Below, one piece after another: positions 8,087 to 17,661 of a stretch of DNA of 64,000 nucleotides. Both the position numbers and the translations under genes were made by a program. The DNA is from an uncultured Ruminococcus sp. (lineage in GTDB: Bacteria; Bacillota; Clostridia; Oscillospirales; Ruminococcaceae). The number at the start of each line of letters is the position of its first letter. Position 1 is the first letter of the stretch. The notes beneath the pieces are model-generated. The model was given only the letters and a program-made list of their open reading frames with translations. It did not search any database and was not told the origin of the DNA. The stretch is taken from positions 41,554 through 105,553 of the forward strand of contig CAYNPW010000002.1 in NCBI GenBank assembly GCA_964399215.1, in the 5' to 3' direction.

Positions 8087-9463
<1,377 letters not shown>

Positions 9464-9493
9464 TTCAAAGCTATTTTAAATAATAAAGATATG

Positions 9494-9529
9494 CGGAGAG
9501 CGATTGTATTATTGCTCTCCGTTTTTTTA
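9494..9529 (+). terminator. rho-independent terminator after gdhA
   Basis: CGGAGAGC (9494..9501) pairs with GCTCTCCG (9514..9521), followed by TTTTTTT. Confidence 0.8.
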
Positions 9530-9569
9530 TTGAATTTCTTGCTTTTTTCTTAATATTTGATCAAGACTA

Positions 9570-9598
9570 TTGACTTCTGTCAGAATTTTTGATAAAAT
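9570..9598 (+). promoter_or_regulatory. sigma-A-type promoter TTGACT-17-TAAAAT
   Basis: TTGACT at 9570..9575 and TAAAAT at 9593..9598, with a 17 nt spacer, upstream of the lipid kinase gene. Confidence 0.5.
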
Positions 9599-9649
9599 GC
9601 TTATAACTGTAAAAACAAAGACAGATAAAATTAGACGGGAGAAACAATA

Positions 9650-10657
9650 ATGAAAAAGCTTTTATTTGTGTACAATCCGCACGCAGGAAAAGGGCTTATT
9701 AAAAATAACCTCTGCGAGGTAGTGGATATTTTCACTAAGGGAGGATATGAAGTAACCGCATATCCCACTCAGGCGCCGAAAGACGGTTACAGAAAAATCA
9801 CTGAGGATGGGGATAATTACGATCTTATATGTACCTCGGGCGGCGACGGTACGCTTTCCGAGGCTGTTAAGGCGCTTATGACCTTTGATCATAAAATTCC
9901 TCTGGGATATATACCTGCCGGTTCAACAAACGACGTGGCTCAGTCCTTGGGAATACCCACAAAAATGGCGCACTGTGCAAAGTCGATCATGGACGGAGTG
10001 GATTTCGACTATGATATAGGGGAATTTAACGGGGAAAATTTTGTGTACGTTGCGGGATTTGGAGCGTTTACCGATGTTTCATACGAAACACCGCAGTATA
10101 TAAAGAATATTCTCGGCCATGCTGCATATGTGGCTGAAGGTCTTAAAAGAATAAATAAAATTCAAGGCTACGAAATGACCGTTGAGCATGACGGCGAGGT
10201 CATAAGCGGAAGCTTCATTCTGGGACTGATCTCAAACTCACTGTCCATAGCGGGTATGAAAAAATTGGTTGCAGACGGAGTTTGCTTTGACGACGGTCTT
10301 TTTGAGGTGTGTCTTGTTAAAACTCCTAAAAATATTCTTGAGCTTAACAGCTTGCTTACGGAGGCGGCTCTCAATAAGCTGACTAATAAGAATTTTGTTA
10401 CTTTTAAAACGTCTTCGCTTAAAATCACATCAAGAAGTAGTATTGCGTGGACTCTTGACGGCGAGGCCGGAGGAAATCATATTGAGGTTGAGATAAAAAA
10501 TATAAAGCAGGCGGTACGTTTCAGACTGGGTCTGAGCGATCTCACCGCTGAACAGGAATCCATAAGACACACTCTTACGCAGAGTGCGGAGGGTGTGATG
10601 TCTACTGAAGACGGCAGACCTGTGGTTCTTGAGGATCAGTCGGATATCGAGATTTGA
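9650..10657 (+). CDS. diacylglycerol/lipid kinase (YegS/DagK/BmrU family)
   Basis: N-terminal FVYNPHAGKG and the catalytic GGDGT motif (TSGGDGTLSEA). Confidence 0.8.
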   Translation: MKKLLFVYNPHAGKGLIKNNLCEVVDIFTKGGYEVTAYPTQAPKDGYRKITEDGDNYDLICTSGGDGTLSEAVKALMTFDHKIPLGYIPAGSTNDVAQSLGIPTKMAHCAKSIMDGVDFDYDIGEFNGENFVYVAGFGAFTDVSYETPQYIKNILGHAAYVAEGLKRINKIQGYEMTVEHDGEVISGSFILGLISNSLSIAGMKKLVADGVCFDDGLFEVCLVKTPKNILELNSLLTEAALNKLTNKNFVTFKTSSLKITSRSSIAWTLDGEAGGNHIEVEIKNIKQAVRFRLGLSDLTAEQESIRHTLTQSAEGVMSTEDGRPVVLEDQSDIEI

Positions 10658-10690
10658 CAACTTCCGAAAAATGTGTTACAATAATTAATA

Positions 10691-11036
10691 GTGAGCAGGC
10701 TGTACGGTAGCGTGAACGTTAATGTTTATGAGGAAAGTCCGAGCATCGCAGAGCAGGATAGCTGATAACGTCAGCCGAGGGCGACCTCCGAGCAAGTGCA
10801 GCAGAGATATACCGCCGGAATTTTCCGGTAAGGGTGGAAAGGCGGGGTAAGAGCCCACCGGAGCGTCAGAGATGACGCTGCCATGTAAACCTTATCCGAT
10901 GCAACACCAATGGTAGCCGAAAAGTCAATGGCTGCTCGTCAGACTTCAGGCTATAGGTGGCTAGAGCCGTATGGCGACATACGGAGTAGATAGATTACCG
11001 TACTCGACAAAACTCGGCTTACAGGCAGGCTCACTT
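10691..11036 (+). ncRNA. rnpB: RNase P RNA (bacterial)
   Basis: Universal elements are present: GAGGAAAGTCCGAGC, AGGGTGGAAAGGCGGGGTAAGAGCCCACCGG and ACAAAACTCGGCTTACAG. The 5' GTGAGC pairs with the 3' GCTCAC as P1. Ends are approximate. Confidence 0.9.
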
Positions 11037-11047
11037 TACATGAAAAT

Positions 11048-11084
11048 GAAAACCGACTGCAGAGAATTTTGCAGTCGGTTTTTA
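11048..11084. terminator. bidirectional terminator (rnpB / DUF4830 gene)
   Basis: AACCGACTGC (11051..11060) pairs with GCAGTCGGTT (11071..11080), flanked by A-run and T-run. Confidence 0.8.
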
Positions 11085-11168
11085 GCTTGCCGATTAAGCT
11101 TCGGAGAGCTGAAATTATACATAAGATAAAAATTACATCTGCATATTGAATCTGAGGAAATTCGGCAG

Positions 11169-11627
11169 TTACTTCTTTATTCCCTGCATAAATCCGTCTA
11201 TCGCTGTGCTGCATACGTCTCCGCCTATCAGTTTGCCGTCAAATACCATAAGGTTGCAGATTATTCCTTCCTCTCCCTCGTGCTGTGGATAGTTTTTGAT
11301 CTTGTATGTATACACCTCAATATCCTTACCTTTATATGCTGTAAGGTCAAATCCCTGTTCCTTCTGCAGCTTGTTGTAGTTTGTGTACACTTCGTTCCAT
11401 TCCTCGGGGATAGTTACCGCCCGGCATTCGTCGTATTCATCTGACACTTCCCAGCCCATTTCCTTAAGGAATGCCTGCCGTTTTGTCTCGCTGCCCAAGT
11501 CGTATATCTCCTGCTTTGATACCCTGCACGCAAACACTACCAACAGTGCAGCTATGCAGATAACCATAGCTATCATTGCTATCCCCAGAGCTTTAGGTTT
11601 GCGTATTTTGATTGATTTGATAAACAT
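11169..11627 (-). CDS. DUF4830-like membrane-anchored protein
   Basis: The start was moved to ATG 11627, which follows AAGGAGG. One TM helix, then the pattern RQAFLKEMGWEV..E..V.IP..W..VY..YN.LQK.QGFDL typical of DUF4830. Confidence 0.6.
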   Translation of the reverse strand: MFIKSIKIRKPKALGIAMIAMVICIAALLVVFACRVSKQEIYDLGSETKRQAFLKEMGWEVSDEYDECRAVTIPEEWNEVYTNYNKLQKEQGFDLTAYKGKDIEVYTYKIKNYPQHEGEEGIICNLMVFDGKLIGGDVCSTAIDGFMQGIKK

Positions 11628-11919
11628 ATCCTGTCCTCCTTGTCCTTTCGGGGTTTGTACATATATATGTTGTCCTTCTGAAAATATGATTGAGTTCATA
11701 CTCGGTTAATAAAATTAAAGTATAATTACAATACGGCATAATGCGCAATTTGTTAAAAAACTATGTATTTTGACGGACAAAGTATGCATTTTGTATATGC
11801 GTATGTTAGATGTTTTTTAATTGATCCGTCTTGTTGATTTATTGTTGTGCATAATTACTAAAAGAGAGGTTAAGAATTAATGTGAATTAACGATTTTAAA
11901 CTTTTTTGGTTGAATTGCT

Positions 11920-11947
11920 TTGACAATTTCAAAATATGTGGTAAAAT
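11920..11947 (+). promoter_or_regulatory. candidate promoter TTGACA-16-TAAAAT (TGg extended -10)
   Basis: TTGACA at 11920..11925 and TAAAAT at 11942..11947. This leaves a leader of about 185 nt before the MinD-like gene. Confidence 0.45.
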
Positions 11948-12138
11948 ATATATTAGGTAACACCAAATTAGTTTTGAATTTCCAAACTCGGCGTCAGACT
12001 CTTCGATCGTCTCGCTTGAAAGGGATATGGTTAAATAAGTAAACTTGAACTCAAAACAAAGCCGGATTATCTTTAAGAGCGTTCCGCAAAGCTCATTACC
12101 CTGCGGAATGTGTATATATGAAAGGAGTAATGGGTTTT

Positions 12139-12876
12139 ATGTCAAAAATTATTGCAGTTACTTCGGGTAAGGGCGGTACGGGTAAGTCATCTATCAGCGC
12201 CTGCCTTGGGTATGCTCTTGCAAAGCAGGGAAACAGAACCCTTATAATCGAGCTGGACTTCGGTCTGAGATGTATGGATATTATGTTGGGTATGCAGGGA
12301 AATATTACATACGACTTAGGTGATGTACTGGAGGGTACATGTGACGTATACAAGGCTACTACAACGGTTAAGCTTGCGTCAAATCTTAGCGTGCTCTGCG
12401 CTCCGTCAGATCCGTTCGTACAGCTTAAGGCTGAGGACATCGAGAAGATCACTCAGGAAATGAGAAAGTATTTTGAATATATTATTATTGACACCTCTGC
12501 GGGTATCAACGGTTCTGTATTTGATATTGTTACAAATTCCGACCTTATTCTTATTGTGACTACTCCCGACCCTGTATGCGTAAGAGACGCTCAGATGATG
12601 TCGGACGAGTTCTACAAGAGAGGCAATCAGAAGCAGAGACTTGTTATCAATAAGGCAAACAAGAGAATTTTTGAATTTGATGAAATGGACGATCTTGACG
12701 CTATCATAGATACGGTAGGCGTACAGCTTCTGGGAGTTATTCCGGAGGATTCAGCAATTCCTCTTGCAACGGGAAAGGGCGCTCCTCTGTCCTCAAGCTC
12801 AATGGGATTTCTTGCTTTCTCTGCGATCTCCAGAAGAATTAAAGGCGAGCATATTCCTCTTTCTATCAAAATGTAA
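12139..12876 (+). CDS. MinD/ParA-family P-loop ATPase (MinD-like, no C-terminal amphipathic helix)
   Basis: Deviant Walker A (SGKGGTGKS), colinear with MinD through ..ISRRIKGEHIPL. ATG 12139 is preferred because AAAGGAG lies 11 nt upstream. Confidence 0.75.
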   Translation: MSKIIAVTSGKGGTGKSSISACLGYALAKQGNRTLIIELDFGLRCMDIMLGMQGNITYDLGDVLEGTCDVYKATTTVKLASNLSVLCAPSDPFVQLKAEDIEKITQEMRKYFEYIIIDTSAGINGSVFDIVTNSDLILIVTTPDPVCVRDAQMMSDEFYKRGNQKQRLVINKANKRIFEFDEMDDLDAIIDTVGVQLLGVIPEDSAIPLATGKGAPLSSSSMGFLAFSAISRRIKGEHIPLSIKM

Positions 12877-12928
12877 TACAAACGCAAAAATTAACTTAGT
12901 ACAATAATCTATAATTGGGGGGATTATT

Positions 12929-13333
12929 TTGAATATAGCACTAATTGCTCACGATACTAAGAAAGAGCTTATGGTACAGTTCTGTATTGCCTATTGCGGA
13001 ATACTCAGCAAGCACAGATTATGTGCTACGGGTACTACGGGAAAAATGGTTGCAGAGGCAACCGGTTTGTCGATTCAGCGTTATCTCAGCGGTTCACAGG
13101 GAGGAGACCAGCAGATAGCAGCAAGGATTTCATGTAACGAGATCGATCTGCTGTTGTTTTTCAGAGATCCGATTTCTGCAAAGCCCCATGAGCCGAATGA
13201 AATGAATCTCTTGAGACTTTGCGACGTTCACAATATTCCTGTGGGTACAAATATTGCTACGGCAGAAGCGCTTATCCACTCGCTGGAGAGAGGCGACCTT
13301 GACTGGAGAGATATTGTAAATCCGACTAGATAA
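12929..13333 (+). CDS. mgsA: methylglyoxal synthase
   Basis: 134 aa with [10 protein letters not shown]...LCATGTTG...GGDQQI...[11 protein letters not shown], the canonical MgsA motifs. TTG start. Confidence 0.9.
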   Translation: MNIALIAHDTKKELMVQFCIAYCGILSKHRLCATGTTGKMVAEATGLSIQRYLSGSQGGDQQIAARISCNEIDLLLFFRDPISAKPHEPNEMNLLRLCDVHNIPVGTNIATAEALIHSLERGDLDWRDIVNPTR

Positions 13334-13362
13334 TCATACAGATATAAATTTAATATAATTAC

Positions 13363-13636
13363 AAGCTGTGATGAGGAGAGTAATCCGATAGAGCGGTTTA
13401 ACGGCAGTGCTTTGTACAGCCGTCAGCGAGAGCCGAACGGTGAGAGGGCTTGACTGTGAAACGGACGAAGGACACCTCTGAGCTTCCGCCTGACAAAGGG
13501 CGGACGTATTTTCTGCGTTAAGGATTTCGAGTGACTTCGGATAGCTTACGGGCATATGGTTGAGCTTTTTGAGGTAATTAGGGTGGTAACACGGTTATAT
13601 CAGTCGTCCCTTTGTCGGGGCGGCTGTTTTTATTTT
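13363..13636 (+). promoter_or_regulatory. T-box riboswitch leader, specifier most likely GAC (Asp)
   Basis: Stem I elements: GA/K-turn (UGAUGA...UGAG), AGAGUA, AG bulge AGCGAGAG and distal loop GGUGAGAG. The specifier loop reads ...GAAG GAC A directly before the helix CCUC (GAC = 13471..13473). F-box-like GCGUUA is present. The T-box sequence AAUUAGGGUGGUAACACGG is at 13576..13594. The terminator is CAGUCGUCCC/GGGGCGGCUG (13601..13626) plus a U-run. Confidence 0.88.
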
Positions 13637-13649
13637 TGGAAGGTGTATT

Positions 13650-14687
13650 ATGAAAAAGCTTATAAAACCTCATAGCTTAAAAAAAGGTGATAAGGTTGCC
13701 GCAGTAAGCCTGTCGTGGGGCGGAGCAGGCGAGCCCGAGCTTCGCTGGCGGTATGAACAGGGAAAAAAGCGTTTGCAGGAGGTATTCGGGTTAGAGGTCG
13801 TGGAAATGCCCCACACTCTCAGCGGAGATGCTTATCTTCGCGCTCACCCTGAAAAACGTGCCGATGATTTAATGGCGGCATTTTCAGATACGTCGGTTAA
13901 GGGCATTTTCAGTTGTATAGGCGGAGACGACACTGTTCGCTTGCTGCCGTACATAGATTTTAATGTGATAAGGGAAAATCCCAAGGTTTTTATAGGATAT
14001 TCCGATACTACCGTAAATCATTTTATGATGTATAAGGCGGGGCTGACTTCTTTTTACGGCGCAGGAATTTTGCCCGATTTTGCCGAAAATGTCTGTATGC
14101 ACGATTATACAGTCCATTGGATAAACAAAACTCTTTTTGACAATAAGCCTCTCGGGGATATTCCTGCGTCTGACGAGTACGTCTGTCAGTACCTTGAATG
14201 GACGGAGGAAAACAAGAATATAAAACGTCAGACTTCTCCCAACGCAGGTTATGAGATATTGCAGGGCAAAGGCAGGGTCAAAGGACATCTGATAGGCGGC
14301 TGTATTGAAGTCCTTGAAATGTTAAAGGGCACAGAGCTGTTTCCTCCTCTTGAAGATTTTGACGGAGCGATACTTTTTTTGGAAACCAGCGAATGCAGTC
14401 CGAAGCCTGAGTATATAAAATGGTGGCTGATGAATTACGGCGCAATGGGAGTACTCGACAGGATAAACGCGATCATTTTCGGTAAGCCCGCCTATGGAGA
14501 ATATTACAATGAATATAAGACCGAGATAAAAACAATTCTTGCCGAATACGGCAGAGCCGATCTGCCTGTTATGTATAACGCAAGCTTCGGTCACAACGAG
14601 CCGAAATGCTGTCTGCCCTACGGAGCACTTGCTGAGATTGACTGCGGGAACAAAACTTTTTCTGTTCTTGAATCGGGCTGTGTTTAA
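13650..14687 (+). CDS. peptidase S66 family protein (MccF / LD-carboxypeptidase-like serine hydrolase)
   Basis: 345 aa. N-terminal LKKGDKVAAVSLS, then IFSCIGGDD, the nucleophile motif FIGYSDTT, and C-terminal FGHNEP (His). The length class is that of MccF-like members. Confidence 0.8.
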   Translation: MKKLIKPHSLKKGDKVAAVSLSWGGAGEPELRWRYEQGKKRLQEVFGLEVVEMPHTLSGDAYLRAHPEKRADDLMAAFSDTSVKGIFSCIGGDDTVRLLPYIDFNVIRENPKVFIGYSDTTVNHFMMYKAGLTSFYGAGILPDFAENVCMHDYTVHWINKTLFDNKPLGDIPASDEYVCQYLEWTEENKNIKRQTSPNAGYEILQGKGRVKGHLIGGCIEVLEMLKGTELFPPLEDFDGAILFLETSECSPKPEYIKWWLMNYGAMGVLDRINAIIFGKPAYGEYYNEYKTEIKTILAEYGRADLPVMYNASFGHNEPKCCLPYGALAEIDCGNKTFSVLESGCV

Positions 14688-14704
14688 TGGGATAGAAACC
14701 GCTC

Positions 14705-14733
14705 TTGACGAATGTATGAAATTCGGTTATTAT
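14705..14733 (+). promoter_or_regulatory. candidate internal promoter TTGACG-17-TATTAT in front of hisS
   Basis: TTGACG at 14705..14710 and TATTAT at 14728..14733, with a 17 nt spacer, in the 99 nt gap between the S66 gene and hisS. Confidence 0.45.
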
Positions 14734-14786
14734 ATAAGAAACGGGTTCATTGAGGACTTTGAAATACAGAAAGGATATGATATAAA

Positions 14787-16115
14787 ATGGCATTGATAAC
14801 ACAAAGACCAAAGGGTACTAACGACGTTGTTCCAGCGCAGGCTTATAAATGGCACACCGTTGAAAAGCTTGTTGCCGAAACGGCGGAGCAGTACGGCTTT
14901 AAGGAGATAAGAGTTCCTACCTTTGAGGATACGGGACTTTTCGTCCGTTCGGTAGGAGAGACTACCGACGTTGTGCAGAAGGAAATGTATTCCGTTACCG
15001 CCGCAGGAGACGCTAAGTTTACTCTGCGCCCCGAGGGTACGGCAGGCACCATGAGAGCTATGCTTGAAAACGGCATTATGAACGAGGGATTTCCTCAGAA
15101 AGCGTACTACATTTTGTCCTGCTTCAGACACGAAAAGCCGCAGGCAGGACGTCTGAGAGAGTTCCACCAGTTCGGCTGTGAAATGGTAGGTACTGCAAGC
15201 CCGAGAGCGGATGCGGAGGTCATCTCCCTTGCGAAAAACGTTCTGGACAGAGTGGGTCTGAAAAATATTCAGCTCAATATCAATTCTATCGGCTGTCCGA
15301 CCTGCCGCGCTGAGTACCACAAGGCGTTAAAGGAGTATTTCTCAGCCAAGCAGGAGGATATGTGCGATACCTGCAAGGGCAGGCTTGAGAAAAATCCTAT
15401 GAGGATCCTTGACTGCAAGTCTCCGATATGTCAGGGTATCGCCAAGGACGCTCCGCTTATTCTTGACTATCTTTGTAACGAATGCAGGGAGCATTTTGAA
15501 CAGTTACAGAAAAATCTGTCGGTAATGGGTATAGAATTTGAAATAAATCCGAAGATCGTAAGAGGACTTGACTACTACACAAGAACCGTTTTTGAGTTCT
15601 TCACAACGGACATAGGCGCGCAGGGTACAGTCTGCGGAGGCGGACGCTACGACGGACTTATCGAGCAGTTAGGCGGACAGAAAACTCCTGCTCTGGGTTT
15701 TGGTATGGGACTTGAAAGACTTATCCTCACCATGGAAAAGCAGGGCTGCGATTTTATGGAGGCTAAAACCTGCGATCTCTACATTGCATCAATGGGCGAA
15801 ACTGCCGCTGACAGGGCTATGGCGCTTGCTATGGAGCTGCGCGACGAGGGATATTTTGTTGAGTACGATCTGGTAGGCAGAGGTATCAAGCCGCAAATGA
15901 AATATGCGGATAAGATAGGCTCAAAATTTGTTCTTGTTCTGGGCGACAATGAGATCGAGACAGGCGAGGCAAAGCTTAAAAATATGGCGACGGGAGAACA
16001 GACTGACATAAAGCTTGATAACAGCTTTATAGACTGCTTCTCGAATTCTCTCGTAACGGAAATGTTCAAAGGTCTTGACGACGAAATGGCAGGACTTTTA
16101 GGCTCAGATAAGTAG
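14787..16115 (+). CDS. hisS: histidine--tRNA ligase
   Basis: 442 aa with class II motifs (RPKGTND, YSVTAAGD..LRPEGT, FRHEKPQAGRLREFHQFG, GGGRYDGL). Confidence 0.95.
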   Translation: MALITQRPKGTNDVVPAQAYKWHTVEKLVAETAEQYGFKEIRVPTFEDTGLFVRSVGETTDVVQKEMYSVTAAGDAKFTLRPEGTAGTMRAMLENGIMNEGFPQKAYYILSCFRHEKPQAGRLREFHQFGCEMVGTASPRADAEVISLAKNVLDRVGLKNIQLNINSIGCPTCRAEYHKALKEYFSAKQEDMCDTCKGRLEKNPMRILDCKSPICQGIAKDAPLILDYLCNECREHFEQLQKNLSVMGIEFEINPKIVRGLDYYTRTVFEFFTTDIGAQGTVCGGGRYDGLIEQLGGQKTPALGFGMGLERLILTMEKQGCDFMEAKTCDLYIASMGETAADRAMALAMELRDEGYFVEYDLVGRGIKPQMKYADKIGSKFVLVLGDNEIETGEAKLKNMATGEQTDIKLDNSFIDCFSNSLVTEMFKGLDDEMAGLLGSDK

Positions 16116-16125
16116 GAGGAATATT

Positions 16126-16458
16126 ATGGGACTTTATTGTGAAACCTGTAAGATCATTCCCGAGGCGGAAATACCCGACAAGGCGAATTATTTTATAGCA
16201 ATGAAAACGCTGACAGCAATGGTAAATGCAGGCGATATGGAGCTTGTATACGCAAGCTGTCCGTTGGATAATATCTTTGACGAAAAGCAGCAGTTCAGAG
16301 CGCAGAAGTATTTTCATCAGGTAAGATGCAAAGACTGCGGAATGATCTTCGGCGTGTTCTACAACACAAAGGCGGGAGGACAGATAAAAATCAATTCCAA
16401 GATATTTGATCCTGACGACTATTCATTCCTTGACAAGGGAAAAGAGGGTGAGCGGTAA
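16126..16458 (+). CDS. hypothetical Cys-rich (CxxC...CxxC) small protein
   Basis: 110 aa. AGGAGG RBS 5 nt upstream. CETC near the N-terminus and CKDC at about residue 68 suggest a zinc ribbon. The stop overlaps the next start (TAATG). Confidence 0.55.
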   Translation: MGLYCETCKIIPEAEIPDKANYFIAMKTLTAMVNAGDMELVYASCPLDNIFDEKQQFRAQKYFHQVRCKDCGMIFGVFYNTKAGGQIKINSKIFDPDDYSFLDKGKEGER

Positions 16459-16976
16459 TGCTCCCCATATTCCCGAAAAGATACAGCTTTGAGACCCGAC
16501 TTGCTCCCAAAAAGCTCATAAGAAAAATACAGGGAGACCTTGTGGAATACCGTCCAACAATGAATATACTTTCAACAGGCAGGTTTATGAAGAAGTATAA
16601 GCTGGAAAGCGTATACTACGGCAGACACGACGGAAATAGTTTTGAACTGTACTATCACAGAATGAAAAAGCGCGACGGCGGTTCTACGGGATTTTACGGA
16701 AAGATCATCGAGACCGAAAAAGGTACGCTGATAAAGGGCTGGTTCAGAAAGCCTGTGTACGCATATGTCTTTGCGGTCTGCTTTGCTCTGGTGTGCTTAG
16801 TCTGCGCCGTAGGAGCATACGCAGCGCAAGCTGTAACGGGAGCGTATGTTTTTCTTGGACTGGGGCTTGCGGGAGCTTTGCTTTTGCTGTGGGATAACAA
16901 TGAAATATATCTCAGAGCGTATCTTGACGAGCTTAAAGACAGCGGAAAAGAGGGGAAAACTGAACTGAACCGCTGA
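16458..16976 (+). CDS. hypothetical membrane protein (soluble N-domain, two C-terminal TM helices)
   Basis: 172 aa, translationally coupled to the previous ORF. The hydrophobic stretch is VYAYVFAVCFALVCLVCAVGAYAAQAVTGAYVFLGLGLAGALLLLW. Confidence 0.5.
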   Translation: MLPIFPKRYSFETRLAPKKLIRKIQGDLVEYRPTMNILSTGRFMKKYKLESVYYGRHDGNSFELYYHRMKKRDGGSTGFYGKIIETEKGTLIKGWFRKPVYAYVFAVCFALVCLVCAVGAYAAQAVTGAYVFLGLGLAGALLLLWDNNEIYLRAYLDELKDSGKEGKTELNR

Positions 16977-17003
16977 ACTAAACCTATAAAGGAATGATAA
17001 TAA

Positions 17004-17636
17004 ATGCAAAAACCGAAAGGCGGATTTATTTCGTTTATTGTATTCATACTGTTTGCAATAGTTTTGCCGTATTCGATTTTTACGGGCGGAGACAGCTCAG
17101 ATGAATATGAGCAGAGAGGACAGCTTGTGCATTGTACGGTGACCTCCGTGTCTCAAATGGGAAAGCGGCAGTATGTGCAGGGAATATACAGAGATGAAAA
17201 TGATAATCTTATTACTGCGGATATAACCGCCAACAAGCTGGTATCGCTGAGCGATGAATTGGACGGTTACGTCCTGCCTGAAAAGCCCGACAAGGTTTAC
17301 TGTCCTGCTGGTAACGGACTAAAACTGGCGGTATACATATTCGGCGGGTTCTTTGCTCTCATGGGTTGGGGAATCATAATTTTCCAGATTTCAATTCGCC
17401 GAAAGCATCGTTTGCTGTTCAAAAAGGGAATACCCGGCAGAGCGGAAATAGTGGAAAATCCTCAGAAGTGCGGTGATAATTACTCGTCAAAAATGCGGTT
17501 TGTAACCAATGACGGTCGGGAGTTTACAAAGGAATTTGTTTTTACAAAGCATGTTCCTTATCCCGGAAATCAGTATTCCATAGTGTATTATGTCAAGAAA
17601 AACGGCAAATGTATTGCCGATGTTATAGAGCTTTAA
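17004..17636 (+). CDS. membrane protein with two TM-plus-beta-domain modules (DUF3592-like)
   Basis: 210 aa with an AAAGGAA RBS. TM at residues 8-27 and about 110-130. The second domain contains DGREFTKEFVFTKHVPYPG, similar to the 3162..3590 product. Confidence 0.55.
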   Translation: MQKPKGGFISFIVFILFAIVLPYSIFTGGDSSDEYEQRGQLVHCTVTSVSQMGKRQYVQGIYRDENDNLITADITANKLVSLSDELDGYVLPEKPDKVYCPAGNGLKLAVYIFGGFFALMGWGIIIFQISIRRKHRLLFKKGIPGRAEIVENPQKCGDNYSSKMRFVTNDGREFTKEFVFTKHVPYPGNQYSIVYYVKKNGKCIADVIEL

Positions 17637-17661
17637 TTTTTCAGAAAAGGAAGTAATAAAA

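Noticed and set aside
13473-13475. CAC (His) as the T-box specifier
   Set aside because: It is not followed by the conserved purine, and its third base is in the closing helix of my fold. The UGGU bulge also cannot Watson-Crick pair with the C73 discriminator typical of tRNA-His. It is kept only as a caveat in the findings.
13334-13555. 73 aa minus-strand ORF between mgsA and the S66 gene
   Set aside because: It lies inside the T-box leader, on the opposite strand. The region is fully explained by conserved T-box RNA elements.
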